32,000 bases of DNA from Hyperthermus butylicus DSM 5456 (GTDB taxonomy: Archaea > Thermoproteota > Thermoprotei_A > Sulfolobales > Pyrodictiaceae). Below, piece after piece: positions 8,142 through 14,428 of the stretch (position 1 is the first letter of the stretch; each line of letters begins with the position of its first letter). The stretch covers positions 1,230,001 through 1,262,000 of the forward strand of contig NC_008818.1 in NCBI RefSeq assembly GCF_000015145.1. The letters are read 5' to 3'. The notes beneath the pieces are model-generated. The model was not told where the DNA came from. It saw nothing but the letters and a program-made list of their open reading frames with translations, and did no database searches. A program made the position numbers and the translations under genes.

Positions 8142-8510
8142 TTGACAGGCAACAGCTGTGTAGAGTTTACATCAAGGATAAGGCATGATGGCGTTGTAGA
8201 GGTTAGGCTTGAGAAGGAGGGCCATGGTTTCTCGATTGTCATCCATAATATTGTCAAGCAGGTAGATGTAATTACCGGCGAAGAGATAGGCGAGATAATG
8301 GTAGTAAACAAGTACAGGATTACGGGTAGGCTCGTAAAGCTATGCAGTGTTGGGATCCCAGTAGAGCATATTAGGAATGGTAGTGCTGAAGTACTAAGGT
8401 TTAGGGATGCAGTAAGCAAAGCTGTGCTGGAAATAAGCTATGTTGTCTGTGGCGAGAATGTAGATGTCACTGTTGCAGTCTGCAGGGAGCCTAAATGTAA
8501 TTGTGTTTAA
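8142..8510 (+). CDS. Hypothetical beta-rich protein. Start is uncertain (TTG).
   Basis: The composition looks like a real protein, whereas the overlapping minus ORF 8123..8419 is S/T/L/P-rich and shadow-like. No ATG near the 5' end. Confidence 0.45.
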   Translation: MTGNSCVEFTSRIRHDGVVEVRLEKEGHGFSIVIHNIVKQVDVITGEEIGEIMVVNKYRITGRLVKLCSVGIPVEHIRNGSAEVLRFRDAVSKAVLEISYVVCGENVDVTVAVCREPKCNCV

Positions 8511-8549
8511 AGCCCGGCCATGCTCTTCTATAACTTAACTGGTGGAATC

Positions 8550-9044
8550 ATGTCTGAGGAGGTAAAGTTCCACGTAGTTGACATACCAGTGCCCGAGGGC
8601 ACTAACGTGATTATAGGCCAGGCACACTTCATTAAGACTGTTGAGGATCTCTATGAGGCCTTAGTGACCAGTGTACCGGGCATAAAATTTGGACTAGCCT
8701 TCTGCGAAGCTAGCCATAAGAGACTTATACGTCACGAGGGCAACGACGAAGAGCTAAGAAGACTAGCTATAGAGGCAGCTAAGAGGATAGGTGCGGGCCA
8801 CGTCTTCGTGATATATATTAAGGATGCATGGCCCATAAACGTGCTCAACGCCATAAAGTCTGTACAAGAGGTTGTAACAATCTTTGCCGCTACCGGCAAT
8901 CCTCTACAAGTAATTGTTGTCGAGACGAAGCAGGGCAGAGGCGTCGTAGGTGTAGTGGATGGGTTTACACCGCTAGGCGTGGAGACTGATGACGATATTG
9001 CTGAGAGGAGAGCCTTTCTGCGAAAGATAGGCTACAAGAAGTAG
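8550..9044 (+). CDS. Adenosine-specific kinase family protein (PF04008/DUF355, PAE2307-like).
   Basis: [19 protein letters not shown]...[12 protein letters not shown]...GAGHVF...PINVLNAIK...VVDG..P.GVE....R..LRKIGYK is typical of this archaeal family. TATA-like tctataactt lies upstream of the ATG at 8550. Confidence 0.75.
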   Translation: MSEEVKFHVVDIPVPEGTNVIIGQAHFIKTVEDLYEALVTSVPGIKFGLAFCEASHKRLIRHEGNDEELRRLAIEAAKRIGAGHVFVIYIKDAWPINVLNAIKSVQEVVTIFAATGNPLQVIVVETKQGRGVVGVVDGFTPLGVETDDDIAERRAFLRKIGYKK

Positions 9045-9116
9045 CTTCGTAAGAGTAGCGGGGGCCCTCGAGGCCCGGCTGAGTCTTCATGATATTCTTC
9101 AGTCCCGCCGTAGTAG

Positions 9117-9121
9117 TTTTT
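9117..9121 (+). terminator. Oligo-T tract (T5), a possible archaeal terminator for the 8550..9044 gene.
   Basis: tagtagtttttacc lies 73 nt after the stop codon. Archaeal termination commonly uses T-runs. Confidence 0.3.
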
Positions 9122-9274
9122 ACCGCATGGAGGTTCCTCCTCACCGGGCCCCCACAACTCTCTCCCCGCTGCCTCCCGCACATAAAGCAATGGCGCTACC
9201 CGATGGATATGCTGTAACGAACTCTACCATATCGCTCTCACACGTGTCCATAGGGCTGCGAGGGTGAATAGGGC

Positions 9275-9721
9275 TTGGGTAGGACTGGTAAAGTCATAGC
9301 AAGGATCTACAAGGAGGAGGAAGCCAAGATAGGGCCTGTAACACTTACGGTTTACAAGCTGGAAAATATAAGGGAGCATAGCGGAGAGCTAGTGGATGTT
9401 ATTGCAGACTATGCTGAGAGGTATAGGAACACAAAGGGCTACGTAATAATTGTGGAGGTAAGAAATAGCCGGGGTGAGGTCGTCGAAGAGACTGGTTATG
9501 CTACCGTTAGTGGCGATGTGCTGTTCCATCGACCGGCAAGGCTCAGCGCTATAAGACTTGTGAGAAGTGGCAAACAAGCGGTAGTGGTAGAGGAGGTTAA
9601 AGCTCCAGGCGAATACTACGTCTACATTGGCCGTATAGCGGTGCCTGACGGAGTTGATGCAGTCGTACTCATAACCGATCAAGGCTCAAGGGTTGTGCTT
9701 GGAGCAAAGATGAGGGGGTGA
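9275..9721 (+). CDS. Hypothetical protein.
   Basis: 148-aa ORF with a TTG start and coding-like composition. No motif recognised. Confidence 0.45.
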   Translation: MGRTGKVIARIYKEEEAKIGPVTLTVYKLENIREHSGELVDVIADYAERYRNTKGYVIIVEVRNSRGEVVEETGYATVSGDVLFHRPARLSAIRLVRSGKQAVVVEEVKAPGEYYVYIGRIAVPDGVDAVVLITDQGSRVVLGAKMRG

Positions 9722-9783
9722 AGAAAGACTCCAATGGCGACCGTGGTTTCTGGGATGAGCGTGCTCCGCCCCTTCAGACCCTT

Positions 9784-10101
9784 CTAGATGTTCTTGGTTC
9801 TCCAAAGATATGTTTCGAGTTCGCGGCGGACCATATCGTAAATAGTGTCGAGGTGTACTCTACGTACATGGAGGTATAACCCCTTACGCGTAAAGGGTCC
9901 TTTCCCGCAGATGCGGCAGCGCAAAATTCTATCATCCTCAACAGCTATTTGCTCGGAAACAGTTGCAACTATTGCTGCTGCAGCTTCCTTAACGCTCTGG
10001 GGCATATCGTCGAGGCTATAGCTGAGGCCTGCAGCACTTCTAATAGCTGCCTCAGCTATCTTAGAGACTATGTATATGAGGTCGAGCCTCGCATACCCCA
10101 T
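9784..10101 (-). CDS. Small protein with a classical C2H2 zinc finger.
   Basis: CRICGKGPFTRKGLYLHVRRVH follows C-x2-C-x12-H-x4-H with the F and L core positions. Its ATG overlaps the upstream gene's stop (TAATG), indicating translational coupling. Confidence 0.65.
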   Translation of the reverse strand: MGYARLDLIYIVSKIAEAAIRSAAGLSYSLDDMPQSVKEAAAAIVATVSEQIAVEDDRILRCRICGKGPFTRKGLYLHVRRVHLDTIYDMVRRELETYLWRTKNI

Positions 10102-10586
10102 TACCTCTTCACCCTTGGCGGTACAAGCAGCATTGCAGCTATGAGCCCTTGTAGTTCCTCGCAGCTCATTCTAGGTAGTATCTTTACTATTAACCGTCTC
10201 GCATCAGCATCATAATCCATTGCTGCGAGTATATCGGCTACGATTTCGGAGAGTATATCTTTATCGCAAGCGTTTGAGGCCAGATACTCGAGAGCAGCTA
10301 TTAATCCATCTTCGCCCCAAACATCTACGAGGACTGTAAAGTGGTTCCTTTTCCTGGAAGCTATCTCGGCAACCCCATCAACGTATTTCGCATCAATGCC
10401 ACGTAGATAGTGTGCTAGGAGATCGTATGCATGCTCTCTGCACTCGCTGCATTCAATACCAAGTCTTTCGAGTAGAGAGGCCATGGAGGCTGTTAGGGCT
10501 ACCTCTCTCGGTGTAGCAGTAACTTCCTTCTCCACGAGGGTAGGGGTTGTGGCAGCCTGGAGTGACTCAACAGATGTAAGCTCCAA
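10101..10586 (-). CDS. Hypothetical acidic helical protein, co-transcribed with the C2H2 gene.
   Basis: TTG start 6 nt... (leaderless-like) downstream of the minus-strand TATA ccctataagc. Stop/start overlap with 9784..10101. Confidence 0.5.
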   Translation of the reverse strand: MELTSVESLQAATTPTLVEKEVTATPREVALTASMASLLERLGIECSECREHAYDLLAHYLRGIDAKYVDGVAEIASRKRNHFTVLVDVWGEDGLIAALEYLASNACDKDILSEIVADILAAMDYDADARRLIVKILPRMSCEELQGLIAAMLLVPPRVKR

Positions 10587-10793
10587 AGGTTATCCCCACT
10601 CCTCTTGGTTTAGCTTATAGGGCTAGAATATAGATGTGGGCCAGTAATACCATTATATATGGTGCTCGGTCGTCAGCTGGACTAGGATACTTCATCCCAA
10701 AACCTTGAGTAGTTAGAGGTCTGGCCGGGTCTAACTCATCACCCTCTAGACCGTCCGGGATATTACGTGGGCTCCGGTTAATAGGTTACAGCC

Positions 10794-11537
10794 TTGGGGC
10801 CAGCAGTTTTGAGAGGCTATTGTGCTAGGTGTGGTAAGCCGCTTACACCGGGAGATAGTGTTGGACCATTCTGCCTCGACTGTTACGTGGAGATGTTTAA
10901 ACTGCTCTGTGTACCTGAACGAGTGAGATTTGACTATTGTAAATACTGTGGGGCCTACCGGATTGGCCACCGCTGGCAGAGTGGCGGCGAGCTGGAAGAG
11001 GCTGTTCAACGTTTTGTAGAAGAGGTTGCTGGAGGCGTTAAGCCGTGCAGGCCTGAGGTTAGGGGCTTTAGTGTTGAGGGCGTGGAGCCCCTGACAAAGC
11101 CGTCCTGGAGGACAATATACGCTATACGCTACAGCATACAAGTACAAGGTGTGGACAAGCCTATAAGCCAGACGTACCGTGTTGAGGTTAGAGCTAGCCC
11201 GACAATATGTCCTACATGCAAGGATGTTAGGGGTGGAGAGTACAACGTACTGCTCCAGGTGCGCGGGATAAAGCCTGCCGAGTTAGCTAGACTCCTCGGC
11301 CCATTGCTCGACTCTAGCGAGCAAATACAGAACTCCATAGTTGACATAGTAGAGTATAATAATGGTGTTGACTTCCTATTGCTTGATAGGGGTAGTGCAG
11401 CTAAAATAATTAAGGAAATCAAGAAGAAGTACATAGTGGTTACCCGTACAACTGGCGAGGATGTCGGCATAACATCTACTGGGCATATGAGGAGGCGTAC
11501 TGTGATAGCCGTTAGGGTGAGGAGGCCACGGTTATGA
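10794..11537 (+). CDS. nmd3: Archaeal NMD3-family protein (large-subunit ribosome biogenesis factor homologue). An in-frame TTG at 10809 is an alternative start.
   Basis: N-terminal Cys clusters CARCG...CLDCY...CKYCG...H and later CPTC. Size of about 245 aa is typical of archaeal NMD3. Confidence 0.8.
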   Translation: MGPAVLRGYCARCGKPLTPGDSVGPFCLDCYVEMFKLLCVPERVRFDYCKYCGAYRIGHRWQSGGELEEAVQRFVEEVAGGVKPCRPEVRGFSVEGVEPLTKPSWRTIYAIRYSIQVQGVDKPISQTYRVEVRASPTICPTCKDVRGGEYNVLLQVRGIKPAELARLLGPLLDSSEQIQNSIVDIVEYNNGVDFLLLDRGSAAKIIKEIKKKYIVVTRTTGEDVGITSTGHMRRRTVIAVRVRRPRL

Positions 11538-11842
11538 GCGATATAATAGACTACGTACCCGAGGACGTGCTCGAGGAGATTGTTAGTGCTGAGAGCGAGC
11601 TAAAGCAGAAGAGGAAGAGGTACAAGCCATACCCCTCATCGCGTGATGTAGTTGAAGCAGTAATAGAGGCTGTCAGAACGTTTAGTGGACACCCCGACGA
11701 GTTCCCCGATTACGTGCTTGAGATACTGGAGGCCAGAGGGTTTGATGTTAGACATGTAACGTTGAAGAGGATATGGAGGACCTATGAGATGCTTGTTAGG
11801 AAGGGAGTTATAGGTGATAGATTGGGAGTCCTCGCGTCCTAG
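11534..11842 (+). CDS. Hypothetical protein translationally coupled to NMD3.
   Basis: ATGA start/stop overlap with the NMD3 gene. 102 aa, with no motif recognised. Confidence 0.5.
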   Translation: MSDIIDYVPEDVLEEIVSAESELKQKRKRYKPYPSSRDVVEAVIEAVRTFSGHPDEFPDYVLEILEARGFDVRHVTLKRIWRTYEMLVRKGVIGDRLGVLAS

Positions 11843-11864
11843 GAGCAAGGTGCGAAGGGGGTGA

Positions 11865-12314
11865 ATGATATTGCAGGTCTACATAAAGCATGGTGGTGTA
11901 TGGCTGAGAATAAAGGAGGTATACACGATACAGCCCACAACTAGGAAGAGGCGTGGTAGGCAGCAGCCTAGAAGCTCTCCATACGGTATTGTTGCGGAGA
12001 GCGTTGAGAGTATTGAGCTTAAGGGCTATAAGTACAGCAAGGAGATAGCCGTACCAGCGATGAAGGTTAGTAGATTCGCAGCAAGGCTCCACCTGGAGCC
12101 AGGCGAAGCCATAGTTGTTATCGAGGAGTATGCAGCCGACAGGTACAAGGCAATGATCTACGCGAAAAACAAAACACAGCTTGAGGAGGCTGTCAACAGG
12201 GCGCTCACAATACTCTCCTCGCTCCAAGTTGGTAGGGGCAGGACACGTGAAGAGGTGGATGTGGAGGAGGCTGAGGAGCTAGAGGAGGAAGAGGAGGTGG
12301 AGGGCGAAGAGTAA
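11865..12314 (+). CDS. Hypothetical protein with a basic patch and a poly-acidic C-terminal tail.
   Basis: RKRRGRQQPR near the N-terminus and EEVDVEEAEELEEEEEVEGEE at the C-terminus. Confidence 0.5.
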   Translation: MILQVYIKHGGVWLRIKEVYTIQPTTRKRRGRQQPRSSPYGIVAESVESIELKGYKYSKEIAVPAMKVSRFAARLHLEPGEAIVVIEEYAADRYKAMIYAKNKTQLEEAVNRALTILSSLQVGRGRTREEVDVEEAEELEEEEEVEGEE

Positions 12315-12317
12315 GCC

Positions 12318-12671
12318 TTGGACCCTATGGATATCTGTGAGGTTTGCAACAGAAAGCCTGCTAGGTATCGCTGTCTGCTGTGTGGCAGACATGTATGCGA
12401 GGACGACTGGAACAATGGGGTCTGCGTTCTCTGTAGGAGTACTTTGTGTCAAGCTTGCGGCTTGAGGCTTGCAGTGGCATCGTGCAGTATGTGTGGCCGT
12501 CTAGTCTGCGATGAGTGCTCGGTGCAGGTAAGCCCCGTGATCAGATTGTGTAGGGAGTGTTATGTACGTGTGGGTGGTAAGTGGCCTCCGCGAGAGCTTG
12601 TGGAGATGGAGGTTGGCAGACTAGCAGCATCGCTGGTAGAGTTCCTCAAGCTATACGTTCCTGCCCGCTAG
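12318..12671 (+). CDS. Tandem zinc-finger protein (two HIT-like / cross-brace Cys modules). The likely start is the ATG at 12327.
   Basis: CEVCNRKPARYRCLLCGRHVCEDD and CQACGLRLAVASCSMCGRLVCDEC, followed by CRECY, giving 16 Cys in 117 aa. Confidence 0.6.
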   Translation: MDPMDICEVCNRKPARYRCLLCGRHVCEDDWNNGVCVLCRSTLCQACGLRLAVASCSMCGRLVCDECSVQVSPVIRLCRECYVRVGGKWPPRELVEMEVGRLAASLVEFLKLYVPAR

Positions 12672-13632
12672 CATACTCATCGAGTCTTCTCTGCTGTGGT
12701 TTCCGGGGAGGCTCTATACGCAGTGGGATTAAGTGGGAGCCATCGCAGGTCCTTGCGGTGTGTAGCCAAGGGAACCCCTCTCTACACGTCGCAAACTCCA
12801 TGCCGAGACGCTCGGCTTCACGCTTAACCCGAAGCATTATCTCGTACCGCAAGCTTTGCCGTAGATACCAGTAGCCATGCATCCAAACACCCTCCTCCCT
12901 GTACAGTTTGTTGTATAGTTTCTCGTACTCCGGGAAAGCCTCAACAAGCCTCTTCAAGTTATCAGGTCTAGCCTTGTAGGTTGAGGTTACAACAAACCGG
13001 ACACCAGCCTCATAAGCAGCCTCTAACACCCTCCTTATACTCTCTGCATCATCAGTTAAGTAGGGGAATACCGGGTCGAGCCGGAGCCCCACTGGTACAC
13101 CTGCACGGGAGAGCCGTCTTAGTGCCTCGATTCTCTCTCGTGGAGGTGGTGCTCCCGGTTCTAGTTTAGCGGCAAGTCCCCGGTCGAGTGTCGTGATAGT
13201 CATTGTTACTGCTGCATTACCTCTTGATAGTAGATCTGTGTCGCGGGCTACGAGTGAGCCTTTTGTTATAATTAGGACCTTGAAGCCACGTGGTAGGAGC
13301 TGTTCGAGGGTCCAGCGTGTCAGTTTGTAATACTCCTCCTCTGGGGGATAGGGATCGCTGCTGGTCGAAATATCTATGTGGAATCTCGGGTCTATAACAC
13401 TGGTAATGTCGTGGAGGAGTCTCTCCCTATAGTTCTTCTTTGGAGTGCTAGGCCTCTGACCTATGTAGGCTGTAGCGTAGCAGTATACGCAGAAGTGACT
13501 ACAGCCAGTGTAGGGGTTTAGCGAGTACTTTGTGGGACACGTGCAGAGGGGACTTCCCCATGGATCAAACGCGTTTACAACTTTACCACTTCTCAGCAGT
13601 CTCGGCCTACGCTTGCCAGCCACGCTAGCCAA
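12646..13632 (-). CDS. Radical SAM protein, SplB/COG1533-like (annotated in this family as DNA repair photolyase).
   Basis: CxxxCxxC motif GCSHFCVYCYA near the N-terminus, about 330 aa, TIM-barrel-like periodicity. Confidence 0.75.
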   Translation of the reverse strand: MASVAGKRRPRLLRSGKVVNAFDPWGSPLCTCPTKYSLNPYTGCSHFCVYCYATAYIGQRPSTPKKNYRERLLHDITSVIDPRFHIDISTSSDPYPPEEEYYKLTRWTLEQLLPRGFKVLIITKGSLVARDTDLLSRGNAAVTMTITTLDRGLAAKLEPGAPPPRERIEALRRLSRAGVPVGLRLDPVFPYLTDDAESIRRVLEAAYEAGVRFVVTSTYKARPDNLKRLVEAFPEYEKLYNKLYREEGVWMHGYWYLRQSLRYEIMLRVKREAERLGMEFATCREGFPWLHTARTCDGSHLIPLRIEPPRKPQQRRLDEYASGQERIA

Positions 13633-13674
13633 GACCTAGTAGCCCTACAATCATGTAGTGTGTGCCTTAGCTCC

Positions 13675-14280
13675 CTAAAGCTCTATGTTGGCGTGTCTTG
13701 CCCGGAGATCAACCTCACTCTTTCCGAGCCTATGCATAAGCTCTACGACCACGCCATCAAGGAATACTAGCGCAGTATCCTCGAAGAGAGTTCCGAGCGG
13801 TGCCAAGGGTTCGTGGATGCCCAGTATCTGTCTCGCAAAGTAGTCTATGTCTGGCGCGAGCTTAGTCCTTCCAGGTATCTCTACAACAATGTCTGCGAGT
13901 CTTCCAAGAGGGCTGTCAGGGTAGCTTGTAATAGCTATGATGGTTGCCTTAACCTTCTTTGCCGCTTCCGCAGCTGTAACTATGAGCTGCGTTCTACCGG
14001 AGCCTGATATAGCAACGACTACGTCTCTCTCGCCTATGCTCGGTGTTATTGTCTCGCCGAGGACATAGACGTTGAAGCCTAGGTGCATAAGCCTCATGGC
14101 AAATGCTCTTCCTACAAGCCCGCTGCGCCCAGCACCCATGACTAATATCTTACTACCCTGGCGGTAGGCGTTCTCTAGGACATCGAGCATCAGGCTAACC
14201 TGCTCCTCGTTAAGCTTCTCAATAACCTTGTCTATGAACATGACTATTTCTTTCATAGTTTTACGCACGTATTCAATCAT
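13675..14280 (-). CDS. SIS-domain sugar-phosphate isomerase, 6-phospho-3-hexuloisomerase-like.
   Basis: [32 protein letters not shown]...[12 protein letters not shown] is the SIS/PHI signature. ATG at 14280, with an upstream in-frame TTG at 14298 also possible. Confidence 0.8.
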   Translation of the reverse strand: MIEYVRKTMKEIVMFIDKVIEKLNEEQVSLMLDVLENAYRQGSKILVMGAGRSGLVGRAFAMRLMHLGFNVYVLGETITPSIGERDVVVAISGSGRTQLIVTAAEAAKKVKATIIAITSYPDSPLGRLADIVVEIPGRTKLAPDIDYFARQILGIHEPLAPLGTLFEDTALVFLDGVVVELMHRLGKSEVDLRARHANIEL

Positions 14281-14428
14281 TACTCCGCCTTCCCTCAAGC
14301 TCCGCGTGACGGGTACGCAGTGAAAAGAGAATATAAGCTGTTATTCCTACTGCCAGGGGTAAAGCTTATTTAACACCAGGTTAGAAACGTTGGTATCCGG
14401 CCCATAATATGGATCCATGGACGGGTGA

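Noticed and set aside
8123-8419. Minus-strand 98-aa ORF overlapping 8142..8510
   Set aside because: S/T/L/P-rich low-complexity translation, typical of an antisense frame. Confidence in the plus-strand ORF is itself only moderate.
9056-9156. SRP (7S) RNA, suggested by GGGGGCCC... and AGGCCCGG
   Set aside because: It is far too short (~95 nt versus ~300) and the helix-8 motif (GGCCCGGAAGGGAGCA-like) is absent.
10673-10742. Minus-strand C/D-like string GUGAUGA-12-CAGA-23-GGAUGAA-13-CUGA in the NMD3 divergent promoter region
   Set aside because: D' and C' are both degenerate and the internal spacer is long. The region also forms a GUUAGA...UCUAAC hairpin that conflicts with a free guide, and the flanking stem is offset asymmetrically.
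2465-12700. Integrated virus or mobile island explaining the run of small hypothetical, Cys-rich, wHTH and C2H2 genes
   Set aside because: There is no integrase, no flanking tRNA or att-like direct repeats and no clear compositional boundary. Housekeeping genes (GGR-family reductase, adenosine-kinase family, NMD3) are interspersed. I keep it only as a weak possibility for the C2H2 pair.
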